The notes: generated by a model from the sequence alone, not told the origin. A stretch of DNA of 64,000 nt from Nitrososphaerota archaeon (GCA_011605775.1 JAAOZN010000092.1:547-64546), one strand, 5' to 3'. Positions 1 to 9,476 are shown, numbered from the stretch's first letter. Program-made: numbers and translations.

Positions 1-333
1 TCTGCTCGTGAATACTATGTGTGCGTGGCTTAGAGTCGACTCCTCCTCCCCTATCAGCTGGCTGAGAAGCGTTTGAAGCTCAAACCCATCGTATAATACA
101 CCTGAACCTCTAATCTCTCCTTTTAAGACGCGTTTCTCATACTCCACCTCGCCATAAAGGGGCTCTTGGTTGGGCATCTTGGTCAGCGGGTTCTTAACCC
201 TGATTGAAGCAAGCCTCCTGGCGAACGAATCGACCTCATAACCCTTAAGATGATATCTTGTGAACTCTGCTCTAGCATCCACAATCGCGTAAGGGATCTT
301 TTCGCTCACATACTGCTTGATTACGTTGATATC
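1..333 (-). CDS. hypothetical protein, partial (runs off the window; 5' end uncertain, possibly TTG near 387 overlapping the thi4 stop)
   Basis: Uninterrupted minus-strand frame to position 1 (..DINVIKQYVSEKIPYAIVDARAEF..GSGVLYDGFELQTLL..HIVFTSR). Protein-like composition, no family recognised. Confidence 0.3.
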
Positions 334-340
334 TAGAGTC

Positions 341-1159
341 TTAGCTGACGGGTCTTCGTACAGGTGTATATACCTGCAGCTCTTCAAGCTTCTCCAATGC
401 ACATTCAGCAGCCCTCCTCCCTGAGAGCAGCATAGCGCCGAACGTGGGGCCCATTCGAGGCAGACCGTAGGTGGTTGAAACCGCCATTCCAGCGACTATC
501 AGCCCAGGGTAAACTTCACCCGTATGCTCGACGATAGCGTCCTCTGATCTACTCACCCACATAGGGCCCATACCACCTGTCTTAACCAACCCCCTAGCCT
601 CAAGCTTCCTCACGGCTACCGCATCGTGCCCACTCGCATCTATCACTATCTTCGCTTCGAGACCTATCGGGTCTACGCAGGTGATCTGACGCGGCAGAGC
701 TTGCACAGGGGTCCAGTTAACGACCACCCCACACACCCGCTTATCGTGGATCATAAGGTCTTCAAGCGTCGTCATATTAAGGAACTTAACACCAGCGTCA
801 CAAGCCGCAGCAATCAGCTTTGAAACCGCGTGAGGTGCTGGGGTCACGTAGAGTTCTCTGGAGTGTTCACGGTAGGGTACGCCCAACTCATCCAATATTT
901 TCTGAGATGGGTGTCTGAAGGTAGCTGGATTCATTAGAAAGCCCCCTATCCAGAACCCCCCACCAAGATAGTTATTCTGCTCTATGATGAGCGTCTTAAC
1001 GCCCCTTCGAGCAAGATCTCTCCCAGCCATCAACCCAGCGGGACCAGCACCTATTATGATGACATCGCTCTCAGCGAAGTTCATAAACTCCTCTATGAAC
1101 ACTGCTGAAATAGCCCTCGTGATCTCCTTTTCACCAGCAGCTGAGCCGAAGATAGGCAT
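341..1159 (-). CDS. thi4: thiamine thiazole synthase (archaeal Thi4 / ribulose-1,5-bisphosphate isomerase-like)
   Basis: 272 aa. Dinucleotide-binding [10 protein letters not shown], then LGGGFWIGG and DASGHDA motifs typical of Thi4. TAA stop. Confidence 0.85.
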   Translation of the reverse strand: MPIFGSAAGEKEITRAISAVFIEEFMNFAESDVIIIGAGPAGLMAGRDLARRGVKTLIIEQNNYLGGGFWIGGFLMNPATFRHPSQKILDELGVPYREHSRELYVTPAPHAVSKLIAAACDAGVKFLNMTTLEDLMIHDKRVCGVVVNWTPVQALPRQITCVDPIGLEAKIVIDASGHDAVAVRKLEARGLVKTGGMGPMWVSRSEDAIVEHTGEVYPGLIVAGMAVSTTYGLPRMGPTFGAMLLSGRRAAECALEKLEELQVYTPVRRPVS

Positions 1160-1182
1160 ACAACAATCCTACCTCTCCAATC

Positions 1183-1190
1183 TTTATAAA
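1183..1190 (-). promoter_or_regulatory. TATA box (TTTATAAA) for thi4, leaderless-type spacing
   Basis: Palindromic TTTATAAA lies 24-31 nt upstream of the thi4 ATG (1159). No SD in between. Confidence 0.4.
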
Positions 1191-1589
1191 CGACGCGATA
1201 ACCCGCTTATAATATCGCTTTGGATGCGAGCTTAGGATTCTTACTAAATGGTATCTTTCTGGCCGATATTCGCTTGGACGGATTTTCTAATTCTTGCGCT
1301 GAAAACGCCTTCTTAACATTTGTTAATGGGTAGACTAATCTCAGCCGCACCACTCTTATTCCCAAGCTGGGGTTGCATTAAAGGGCTCATAAAAGGAGTG
1401 TTAACGAGGCGTAGTTCAGATGGTTACTAGAGCGGATTACGCTATAGCCTGTTTTGAAACATATGAGGCTAAAATATACTCTAGCGCTCTTAATTAGAGA
1501 GTTTGTTCTTGGGCGTAGGTTTTAATCTCTTATCTTACGCTAGCGTATGTTATACCCCTTCAGAAATAATTAGCTACTTCCGCATAAAT

Positions 1590-2246
1590 CTAAGCTAGAC
1601 CGATCTTCTGTTTTATCAAAGCTATTTCTCTCTCAAGTCTTTCGAACCTTCTCTCCATGTATTGTTTTAGATCTTCTCTCAGGGCCCTTATCTCCTCCCT
1701 AGTAGCTCTTATTTCATCTCTCGTTGCCCTTATTTCTGCTAACGTTTCATCCTGCTTCTTTAACATTGTTTTCATGTCTCCCTTCATCTCCTTAATGTCT
1801 CCCTTCATCTCCTTAATGTCGCCTTTCATCTCTTTAACGTCGCCTTTCATCTCTTTAATGTCGCCCTTCACCTCCTTAATGTCGCCCTTCACCTCCTTAA
1901 TGTCGCCCTTCATCTCCTTAATGTCGTCTCTCATTTCAACGCCGACTGTTGCGATCTTCACTAGTTGTTCTAGGCTTAGTTGCTCCCTGTATTCTTTCAC
2001 CTCCATTACCTCGCCATCATACCCCTCCACGAGAACTTCGCTTACTTCTGCTAGCGGGGGCTTCTCAGCCTTGACGGTTTGTGTGAATCTTTTGACGCTA
2101 TCTTCTTCTCCTTCGATCAAGAGTATGAGGTCTTCGCCTATGTTCGATGCCTCGAACCCCTTTAGGCTGCGCGCTCTACTTAGTAAGAAGAGTCTGTATC
2201 CCACATCTTGGACTCTCTTTCCTTTGATTATGATTTTGGTCTTCAC
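1590..2246 (-). CDS. acylphosphatase-like domain protein with KGDIKEM heptad tandem repeats and a C-terminal coiled coil
   Basis: N-terminus IKGKRVQDVGYRLFL resembles the acylphosphatase V-x-G-x-VQGVGFR signature. About 8 copies of KGDIKE[MV], then EIRATRDEIRATREEIRALRE. TAG stop. Confidence 0.5.
   Translation of the reverse strand: MKTKIIIKGKRVQDVGYRLFLLSRARSLKGFEASNIGEDLILLIEGEEDSVKRFTQTVKAEKPPLAEVSEVLVEGYDGEVMEVKEYREQLSLEQLVKIATVGVEMRDDIKEMKGDIKEVKGDIKEVKGDIKEMKGDVKEMKGDIKEMKGDIKEMKGDMKTMLKKQDETLAEIRATRDEIRATREEIRALREDLKQYMERRFERLEREIALIKQKIGLA
1774..1941. repeat. 21-bp tandem repeat, 7 full copies plus 1 degenerate (coding, in frame)
   Basis: Unit atgtc[tg]cc[ct]ttca[tc]ctc[ct]tta starts at 1774, 1795, 1816, 1837, 1858, 1879, 1900 and 1921. 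It encodes the heptad repeat of the 1590-2246 protein on the minus strand. Confidence 0.9.
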
Positions 2247-2296
2247 AGCCTTGTATTGTTGTGTAGGCTCGTAGATAAGCCTTACTAACCTTCTTG

Positions 2297-2824
2297 CTAA
2301 GCGGCTAGGGGTTCTTGATGTTCTTCGGATGCCTTATGTTCAACCTCCTTTAGCACCTCTTCAACCTGCTTGTTACTTATCGAACCTTTCTCCGCTCTTT
2401 TCTGGGATGTAGCTACATCGCATAAGATTTCAGTAAGCTCTCCGAGGGCGTCAGCGTCTACACCGACTGGTATCTGCCACAGTGTCCCGAGTAGGTTGCT
2501 GAGTGATGCGGTTAGCTGCTTCGATTCAAGCAGAGTCTCCAATCTTACGCTGAGCTGTGTCACGTGGTTTCTGATCTCTTTTACAGATTGGCGTAGCCGC
2601 CTCAGGTAGTGGACTTCAGAAGCATAGATCGATGCAGAGACCCTATCACCACTCTTAAGCCGCCAAACGGCTTTAGAGAAGCAGTCGGATTCAAGGGTCT
2701 CTAGTCTGGCTAGCGAAAGGTCTAGCTTTGCTGCTTGCTTCTTGAGCGAGTGTATGCATTCGATTAGCCGCCTTCTAGCCTCTTCTTGACTTACATCATC
2801 TTGTGCACATCGGTTAGGCAACAC
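2297..2824 (-). CDS. ESCRT-III / Snf7 (CdvB)-like helical protein (tentative)
   Basis: 175 aa, all-helical. The segment AVWRLKSGDRVSASIYASEVHYLRRL resembles the ESCRT-III alpha2 pattern (A..alk.Gd...Ariya.e.i..rk). Acidic C-terminus. TAG stop. Confidence 0.4.
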   Translation of the reverse strand: MLPNRCAQDDVSQEEARRRLIECIHSLKKQAAKLDLSLARLETLESDCFSKAVWRLKSGDRVSASIYASEVHYLRRLRQSVKEIRNHVTQLSVRLETLLESKQLTASLSNLLGTLWQIPVGVDADALGELTEILCDVATSQKRAEKGSISNKQVEEVLKEVEHKASEEHQEPLAA

Positions 2825-3027
2825 CTAAGTCCTAGTGGGTTCTGCGTGGGTTTAGCAAGGTTTATGCAATCTTTTTGACCAAGAGATGTGAAGATTCACA
2901 CCGATCTCAAGCTGAGGTGTATGTTATGCGCTGTCTTGCGTATTCCAGTAAGCATATACCAACATTGTGTTGTTTTACCTTATTTTCCTAATTTATTACA
3001 AAAATACGCCCTTCTTTGAAGAATTAA

Positions 3028-3035
3028 TTTAAATA
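3028..3035 (+). promoter_or_regulatory. TATA box (TTTAAATA) at the left edge of the viral gene block
   Basis: AT-rich region 2940-3040. TTTAAATA lies 24-31 nt upstream of the ATG at 3059. Confidence 0.4.
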
Positions 3036-3058
3036 TTTGCAGGGAAGGTCAAAGGTTG

Positions 3059-3292
3059 ATGACGAAGAGGGAGAAGCCGAGAAGCTTGGCAAAGAGCGGA
3101 TTAGATGGACTAGGGTCGAAAGAGGGCTCTTGGGATATTAGGGTGCAGCTGCTCTGGCTTGCTAAGCATGGGTTGACCGAGTCAACGATCCTGGAGCATA
3201 GGAGGCTCGTACATAGGGATGGTAGGCTTTCAGAATATGTACCCAGCTCCGCTAGGGAGTTGAATGGGTATGAGGTACTGCTCACTGAATGA
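3059..3292 (+). CDS. hypothetical protein (first gene of the viral block)
   Basis: ATG at leaderless distance from the TATA box. 77 aa, no recognised domain. Confidence 0.35.
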   Translation: MTKREKPRSLAKSGLDGLGSKEGSWDIRVQLLWLAKHGLTESTILEHRRLVHRDGRLSEYVPSSARELNGYEVLLTE

Positions 3293-3608
3293 CGTTAAGG
3301 TGTGGTTGAACCTATCAACCTCAGATACCCAATACGACTTTGAGATTCAGCAGATCGCTTCGAATGTTGAGAGTCAGATAGATGAGGCGCTCAAACCATA
3401 CACACCAATACCGCTAAAGGAGGTGCCTGAGGAGATTAGGTGGATAGCTGCCGAGTGGACGGCAGGGATCTTCAGGCAGAAGAGGGCTGGCTTAGATGAG
3501 TCGAAGGAGCAGCCTTTCGTAGTTGAAGCTAAGGAGAGGCTGAAGGCGTTCATCCGCTCCAACTTCACCTCTGGGTTGGCTGCTTCTACGGGTGTTGCTG
3601 TTAGGTGA
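3264..3608 (+). CDS. head-tail adaptor (phage gp6-like connector family)
   Basis: YCSLNDVKVWLNLS..D..I..I...VE..ID matches the usual N-terminal pattern of gp6-like head-tail connector proteins. Its stop overlaps the next start (GTGA). Confidence 0.5.
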   Translation: MGMRYCSLNDVKVWLNLSTSDTQYDFEIQQIASNVESQIDEALKPYTPIPLKEVPEEIRWIAAEWTAGIFRQKRAGLDESKEQPFVVEAKERLKAFIRSNFTSGLAASTGVAVR

Positions 3609-4036
3609 GGTGTTTGGTTTACAGCGAGATAGTGCAGAAGTATATTGATGTGATGCGCTCAAACCCAGATCTAAAAGAGGTATCAGCATACCACTTCGGC
3701 GCACCAACCACCATACACCAATACCCTCTGATCTATGTTCAGTGGCTTGGTAGAGAGTATAGCGGGAGCTCCGACCTACACCGATTCCAATACAACCTAA
3801 AGTTTGAGATAGGTGTCGTTATGCGCCACGCAGTAGCCGAAGAGGCTGAGAAAGGGCTCCATAGGCTTGTTGAGGCAATAGAGGCTGCCCTTAACTCCAA
3901 CCCCACTTTGGACGGGTTGGTGGAGGGCGATCCTGAGCCTCGAAGTATAGAGGTTATGCGTGGCTCTGAGCAGGACTATGCTTTAGCTCTAGCTAGGATA
4001 ATTGATGTGAAGAAGGTGTGGTTACCTTATGTTTAG
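3605..4036 (+). CDS. neck / tail-terminator-like protein (tentative)
   Basis: 143 aa. The call rests mainly on position between the adaptor and the tail tube, plus size and a mixed alpha/beta pattern. Confidence 0.3.
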   Translation: MRCLVYSEIVQKYIDVMRSNPDLKEVSAYHFGAPTTIHQYPLIYVQWLGREYSGSSDLHRFQYNLKFEIGVVMRHAVAEEAEKGLHRLVEAIEAALNSNPTLDGLVEGDPEPRSIEVMRGSEQDYALALARIIDVKKVWLPYV

Positions 4037-4116
4037 AAGGTCTGCTGACGAGCCGGTGAAACTCCGGCGAAACACCAGAGGATGGTGTCCAGACCGAATA
4101 GGAGGTGAGTCATAAT

Positions 4117-5073
4117 ATGGCTAATTATCTAAGAATGGGTAAGGAGCAGATCTATGGAGTACCAGCAACCAACCTCAACACACACGTCAGAATCCTCTCA
4201 GAGGGTCTGAAGTTTCAGCCTGGCGTTGAGTATCTGCGGACCGTTGAGGGCGGAAGGTTCATTACGCAAGCAGACCTATCTAAGGCTAAGACCACAGGCA
4301 GCATCGAGCTCTACCCGGTTTACGATAAGGGGTTGGGAGAGTTCCTATACGCCGCACTGGGCGAAGTTTCTACGACTCAGCCAGATCCGAATGGCAACCC
4401 TAATGTCTATAGGCACGTCTTTACACCTAGGAGCAGCGTTTCCTCAATACCTTGGCCGAGCTATACCATAGAGGTTGGCTTGGGTGACGTTGCTGCTAAG
4501 CGTGTAGCAGGCTGTGTCGTAAATAGGCTAATCTTGGAGGGGGAGGCTGGGGACCATCTTGGTGTGACAGCTGAAATCTTGGGCGGAGAAGAGAGTAAGG
4601 TTTCATTATTCTCAGGACCCTTCAACTTCTCCCAACTGGGCTACATACACACAGCACAGGTGGTTGAGCAAAAGATAAACAACACATCGGTGAAGTTTGA
4701 GCACTTCAGCCTGGAGTTGAATAATAATTTTCCAGAGGGCTACAAGTTCGGCTCAAGGTTCCCTCAGGAGATCGATGTTGCGCCTTTGGATGTCAAGGGC
4801 TCGGCGACGATCAAGTTCGACAGCAGCACACATCTAGACAAGTTCCTTGCTTCAGAGGAGTGTTCGATCAACCTGAAGTTTCAAGGTGGGGTTATATCTG
4901 GTAGCTACAGGTATGAGTTGGAGATATATCTGCCTAGGGTAATCTATGATGAAGGGGACGTGAATCTTAAAGGGCAGGATAGGCTTACGCAAACCCTAGC
5001 GTTCACAGCGCTCAAGCACGGCACAGAAGGCGTGGTTAAGATTACGCTTCAGAACAACCAGAGCGGGTACTAG
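4117..5073 (+). CDS. major tail (tube) protein
   Basis: SD GGAGGTGA (4101-4108) then ATG at 4117. Beta-rich 318 aa with tail-tube-like segments (GSIELYPVYD.GLGEFLYAALG; SLELNNN...GSRF..EI..G..DVKGSATIKFDS). Sits directly upstream of the chaperone and tape measure. Confidence 0.5.
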   Translation: MANYLRMGKEQIYGVPATNLNTHVRILSEGLKFQPGVEYLRTVEGGRFITQADLSKAKTTGSIELYPVYDKGLGEFLYAALGEVSTTQPDPNGNPNVYRHVFTPRSSVSSIPWPSYTIEVGLGDVAAKRVAGCVVNRLILEGEAGDHLGVTAEILGGEESKVSLFSGPFNFSQLGYIHTAQVVEQKINNTSVKFEHFSLELNNNFPEGYKFGSRFPQEIDVAPLDVKGSATIKFDSSTHLDKFLASEECSINLKFQGGVISGSYRYELEIYLPRVIYDEGDVNLKGQDRLTQTLAFTALKHGTEGVVKITLQNNQSGY

Positions 5074-5216
5074 GTTGCCCAGCTGCTCGCTCTGTGGCGC
5101 ACAGCTAACATCCGAGGATTTCACCATAGTTGTGAAGGTTAGAGTCAATAAAAACACCTCTCATACAGCGGTCTTCTGCTCATGGTTGCACTTCTCCGAA
5201 TGGTTCGGATTAAAGC

Positions 5217-5543
5217 GTGGGTTGGGGAGGCTTGAAAGAGGTCAGAGTTAATGGTGTAACATATAGGCTGAAGGTTCCTCAGGCTTGGCACTACGCTCTC
5301 ATACAAGTCTATGCTAATCTATTCAAGAGAGCCCAGAGTCTAGAGTCTGTAGAAGAGGCTGTTAAGGTGTCGGGTGAGATAGAGAGGATTGTGAACTTAC
5401 TCTGCGAGAGCCTCCTTGAGCCTAAGCCGAATGGTGAAGACGCCACCTACCTGTTCAATGAGATCCTCAAGTACTGCATCGAGCTCTACGGAGAGGCTGG
5501 CTGGTGTGCTGAGAAATTTCGCTTCGAGCAGCCTGGGCTCTAA
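5217..5543 (+). CDS. tail assembly chaperone candidate (G-like)
   Basis: 108 aa, helical and acidic, between the tube and tape-measure genes. The overlapping +1-frame ORF 5416-5757 fills an otherwise empty 193-nt gap (see findings). Confidence 0.4.
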   Translation: MGWGGLKEVRVNGVTYRLKVPQAWHYALIQVYANLFKRAQSLESVEEAVKVSGEIERIVNLLCESLLEPKPNGEDATYLFNEILKYCIELYGEAGWCAEKFRFEQPGL

Positions 5544-5735
5544 AGCTGGGTTGCTTGGTTTGCTTACTCATCGTGCACCCAGCTCTATACTCGGCCTTGA
5601 GGAAGGGAGCTTACTCAGCTTGCTTGTGGACGATCTATGCCTCGCCGCTGGCTTGAATCTGCTTAGGGAAGCCGATGTGAGAACACCTTCGCCGATAGAG
5701 GAGTCGAAGTGTAGGATAGAGAGGAGGAGACGCCT

Positions 5736-6194
5736 ATGGAGCTCAGAGTATCTCTAGAAAACCTCTGGGACTACAGGTACGCGATGGTGGAGGGAGCGAA
5801 GGAGCTGAAGAAAGCTTGCGACGCCGTACTCAGAAGATACAGCGAAGCCGCAGCCTTGACAGCGAGCAGATTAGCGCCGAAGCGCACTGGAAGGCTTGCA
5901 GCGAGCATAAGATATAGGAGGGAGGGTGAGATGAGCTACTCAGTAGGCTCTGAACTCATATATGCACCATTCGTCGAATGCGGGACGAAGCCGCATGTAA
6001 TAAAGCCTGTCTCGGCTAAGGTTCTTGCATTCACGGTAGGTGCAAGCAGAGTCTTTGCTAAGGTTGTCAACCACCCTGGCTCGAAGGAGAGACCCTTCCT
6101 CAGACAGGCGCTTAAAGAGATCGAACCTAGGCTTAAGGCTGAATTAGCCGCTGAGGCTGAGGGGCTCTTTAGGTTGAAGTTCCGCTTTAGGTGA
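5736..6194 (+). CDS. HK97 gp10-family tail/neck component
   Basis: APKRTGRLAASIRY...YAPFVECGT matches the HK97 gp10 family core (..TG.L..si......Ya..vE.Gt). Confidence 0.5.
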   Translation: MELRVSLENLWDYRYAMVEGAKELKKACDAVLRRYSEAAALTASRLAPKRTGRLAASIRYRREGEMSYSVGSELIYAPFVECGTKPHVIKPVSAKVLAFTVGASRVFAKVVNHPGSKERPFLRQALKEIEPRLKAELAAEAEGLFRLKFRFR

Positions 6195-6198
6195 TCGG

Positions 6199-8019
6199 TT
6201 GCCGACCTTCGATCTTGTCGCTAGGATCAAGGCGGTTGATCAGGCGAGCAGCGTCTTCAGGTCTGTGGCAGATAATGCGAGCAGACTTTCACGGGGCTTC
6301 AGTCAGCTTGGGCAGATAGCGAATATCGCAGGTGGGTTTATAGTCGCATCTCTTGGGTTGAACGCAGCTTCAGCGGTCAGAAGCTTCCTCAGCGAGGCTG
6401 TAAACACGGTGATCGAAATGAAGACCCTCAGCAGCGTCTTAAAGAAGACTATCGAAAACATGGGCTTAAGCTGGAGCGAGTGGGGACCTAAGATAACGAA
6501 GCAGATAGATGAAATGAGGGCATCAACGCTCTACACCAAACAAGAACTGCTCGAGGCTTTGACGATCCTAGTAAGATACGGTTTGGAGCCTGAAGAAGCC
6601 TTAAGAGCGCTTGCTGTTGCTATAGATACTGCTGCTGGCTCAGGTAGATCGTTGAAGCAGGTTGCTGAAGATCTTGGGCAAGCCTTTAGCGGGCAGACTT
6701 CTGATCTCAAGAATAAGTATGGTGTAGAGGTTGAAAAGACTTCTGAGAGGCTTCTTAGCTTAAAGGAGAGGGTCGAAAGCCTGGGTGAGAGGTATGGTAG
6801 GCTGGTGCTGGTAAGTGATGAAGTGGTGCAATCTTTAGCTAGTATGGGGATCACGATAGATGAAGCCTCAAAGCAGACGTTAACATGGGGAGATGTGGTC
6901 GAGCAGATAAAGAGTAGGCTGGATACGCTCGATGCCGCCGCTATAGAAGAGTTCTTAGAAAGGTATGGTGCAGCGAGCAGCAGAGCTGAGAAGTCAGCCC
7001 TAGATTTCGCAGAAATACTCTCGAGGTTGGATGAGAAGTTTAGGGGGAGCGCCTACGCAGCCTATGAGGCTGGAGGAGCCTACGCAAGGTTCGGTAACTT
7101 AATGGAGGAAGTTAAAGAGGTCGTTGGGGCTGGGCTTATACCTATACTCGAAGCACTAGGCAATACGCTTGTTATGTGGGCTAAACCCGAGGGGAAAGAG
7201 AAGATCTTCGCACTCATGAAAAGGGACTTCTTCTCCTTTGTCGCAAGCATAGACGAGGCTGCAGCAAGCATCCAGATGATCAACGAGAGGCTTAAGACCT
7301 CGTTAATCAGCGACTACAAGGCAGTCTTTGATACAATATCTTCAGCAGCCAACAACGTGCTTAATCTGATACTTAACACCTTTACACCATTTTTATCAGC
7401 TTTGGTTGAAGCTACATCAAACACGTTCAGAATAGTAACAGAGGTTGTGTTAAACAGCCTAGACAGGCTCAGGCAGAGCGCAGATCAAACATTCAGAGCG
7501 ATCGTGGAGAATCTCCTTTCACTCTCAACCTCTTGGACCCAGATAGTGGAATGGATAGTAGAGAGGAGTGAGGGGATCTTGAACCCCATCGAACAGATTC
7601 AACTGCGCCTAACTACGTTGAGAAGTGTGGCTGGTGAGGTTTGGTCCTCAATTTCGGCATCGATGTGGAGGTTTTACACAGAAGCTTTGATCCCTATCCA
7701 AAACGCCGTTTGGGGCTTCGTCAACTCAGTAGTAGCGGCATTCAACTGGCTCTGGGATGTTTTAGCGAAGAGGAGCATCTGGCCCGATATATGGGCTGAG
7801 ATGCTGAGCCAGGCTAAGAGCGGTCTAATGGCTATCGAGAGGACAGTTGAGCCAGCCCTTCTTGATCTAGCGCATATGTTTGCTGCGTTGAGTACTGTGA
7901 ACATAGGGTCTATTAACATAACAACCCACGCCATATCATCAAGCATCGATATTAGGAGATTGGCTGAGCAGGTTGGGTATGAGGTAGCGAGGCAGCTGAG
8001 CCTTAGGAATAGAATCTGA
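6199..8019 (+). CDS. tail tape measure protein
   Basis: 606 aa, almost entirely helical. Central segment ELLEALTILVRYGLEPEEALRALAVAIDTAAGSGRSL resembles the tape-measure core. Hydrophobic C-terminal third. Canonical position. Confidence 0.7.
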   Translation: MPTFDLVARIKAVDQASSVFRSVADNASRLSRGFSQLGQIANIAGGFIVASLGLNAASAVRSFLSEAVNTVIEMKTLSSVLKKTIENMGLSWSEWGPKITKQIDEMRASTLYTKQELLEALTILVRYGLEPEEALRALAVAIDTAAGSGRSLKQVAEDLGQAFSGQTSDLKNKYGVEVEKTSERLLSLKERVESLGERYGRLVLVSDEVVQSLASMGITIDEASKQTLTWGDVVEQIKSRLDTLDAAAIEEFLERYGAASSRAEKSALDFAEILSRLDEKFRGSAYAAYEAGGAYARFGNLMEEVKEVVGAGLIPILEALGNTLVMWAKPEGKEKIFALMKRDFFSFVASIDEAAASIQMINERLKTSLISDYKAVFDTISSAANNVLNLILNTFTPFLSALVEATSNTFRIVTEVVLNSLDRLRQSADQTFRAIVENLLSLSTSWTQIVEWIVERSEGILNPIEQIQLRLTTLRSVAGEVWSSISASMWRFYTEALIPIQNAVWGFVNSVVAAFNWLWDVLAKRSIWPDIWAEMLSQAKSGLMAIERTVEPALLDLAHMFAALSTVNIGSINITTHAISSSIDIRRLAEQVGYEVARQLSLRNRI

Positions 8020-8033
8020 GGTCTGTTGCTTAG

Positions 8034-9476
8034 ATGCTTTACGCAAGGGTTGAGATAACCGATTTGAATAACATTACGCGTGTAGTGGGTAGTGAGAACC
8101 GAGGCTTTGAGCTGAGGCTACACCACAATAGCGCAAGCACCTTTAGGTTGGTGGTCAACGACTCCGCTGGATTCTACAGGGAAGCATACGGAATAGGCTC
8201 TATTGTGAATGTTTTCTGCGACTCTGCAAACCCGCCTAGGCAGCACGTGTATCAAGGGCAGGTTGAGGATGTGAGTGTAAGGTTTGAAGGAGGGCGTAGA
8301 CTACTTGTCGTAGACGCTGTGGAATACGCATATACGGTGATTCTGAATAGGTATGTGGTTGAAACGTATCAAGATAAGAGCTTCGACTACATCGTGCAAG
8401 ATCTGTTCGCCAAGTATGCTCCTGAAGTTGACACACGCAACGTACAGCCCCCGAACACGAGTGGGAGGAGCTTCGTCTTCAACTATGTTACGCTGAAGGA
8501 GTGTTTGGATCAGCTCGCTGAGTTGGCTAACTGCCAATATTACTTCACACCAGACCTTGAACTCTACTTTTACCCTAAAGGCTCTAGGCGCTCCGGGTTT
8601 ACGTTGACCTCAGAGAACATTCTTCAGCCGATAGAGGTGTTAGAGAGCATACGTGAGGTGCGTAATGTAGTCTATGTGATAGGTGGGTATGAGTTAAGGG
8701 TTGATCAGAGCCAGACCAACATAGGTGGCTACGTAACCCTAAACGAATACCACTACGCAGCAAGATTCACACCAACTCAGAACAATCTGCGCATGTTAGC
8801 ACTCTACTTGGAGAAGCAGGGGGAACCAAACGAAAACATAAGTGGTCAGATCGTAGAAGAGTTGGATGGGGCTCCGAAGGGTAGGAGGGTAGACTACTTC
8901 ACCATTACGCCTCGTGATGTAGGTGAGGAGGGGTCACCGGGCTGGGTCTCTCTTCCGCTGCAAGCGGATGTTGAACCTGGTAAGGCTTACTGGATAACTC
9001 TATCAAAGAGCGGAACTCAGACAGAAACTTATCGCTGGTATCACGATGCCTCAGACCAAGGAATACACGCATACTCATCTAATGGCGAGGATTGGAGTGT
9101 TGATGAGGGTAGCTGGGCGCCTACATTCAAGCAGTTCTGCGGAGTTCCGGTCTTGGCACAGGCAGTCAATGAAAGCAGTGTTAAGAAGTATGGAAGGAGG
9201 GAGTTGGTGTATGTCAACACCAACCTCATCGACAGATCTACCGTCAAAGCGTTAGCGCTGAACCTTCTTGCTGCATCGGCTGAAAAGAGGCTTAATGTTG
9301 AAAGCCTTGTGGTAAGGGGTCTACCCGGGCTGCCGAAGGTAGGTGAGAGCGTTAGGGTTACGCTGCCAGAGATAGGGTTGGACAAAGAGTTCAAGATCAA
9401 AAGTGTAGTTGCTGAGTTCAGCGCTGGTGTGCCCTCGTTAGAGGATTTTAAGCTGGAGTTGGAGGACCTTGCCTGA
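8034..9476 (+). CDS. distal tail / baseplate protein (Dit-like, tentative)
   Basis: 480 aa and beta-rich, immediately downstream of the tape measure. Called from position and the N-terminal pattern. Confidence 0.4.
   Translation: MLYARVEITDLNNITRVVGSENRGFELRLHHNSASTFRLVVNDSAGFYREAYGIGSIVNVFCDSANPPRQHVYQGQVEDVSVRFEGGRRLLVVDAVEYAYTVILNRYVVETYQDKSFDYIVQDLFAKYAPEVDTRNVQPPNTSGRSFVFNYVTLKECLDQLAELANCQYYFTPDLELYFYPKGSRRSGFTLTSENILQPIEVLESIREVRNVVYVIGGYELRVDQSQTNIGGYVTLNEYHYAARFTPTQNNLRMLALYLEKQGEPNENISGQIVEELDGAPKGRRVDYFTITPRDVGEEGSPGWVSLPLQADVEPGKAYWITLSKSGTQTETYRWYHDASDQGIHAYSSNGEDWSVDEGSWAPTFKQFCGVPVLAQAVNESSVKKYGRRELVYVNTNLIDRSTVKALALNLLAASAEKRLNVESLVVRGLPGLPKVGESVRVTLPEIGLDKEFKIKSVVAEFSAGVPSLEDFKLELEDLA

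Noticed and set aside
1416-1460. tRNA-like fragment GAGGCGTAGTTCAGATGGTTACTAGAGCGG in the thi4 upstream gap.
   Set aside because: It looks like a D-arm only. There is no complementary acceptor 3' strand, anticodon stem or T arm within 150 nt, and no BHB that would rescue it.
1774-1941. Regular 21-bp repeats considered as a CRISPR-like array.
   Set aside because: The units are directly adjacent with no spacers, in frame, and encode a heptad repeat inside a 218-aa ORF.
1657-2274. 205-aa plus-strand ORF.
   Set aside because: It is antisense to the repeat protein and its low-complexity Ser/Phe/Leu composition is generated by the repeat. The minus-strand frame has a recognisable domain and a coiled coil.
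2825-3055. A search for an att direct repeat matching the tRNA-Lys 3' segment (cgggcccgccggga) at the left border of the element.
   Set aside because: No copy was seen by eye at 1160-1590 or 2825-3055. The left border is therefore set only by the promoter and the change in gene orientation, and it remains approximate.
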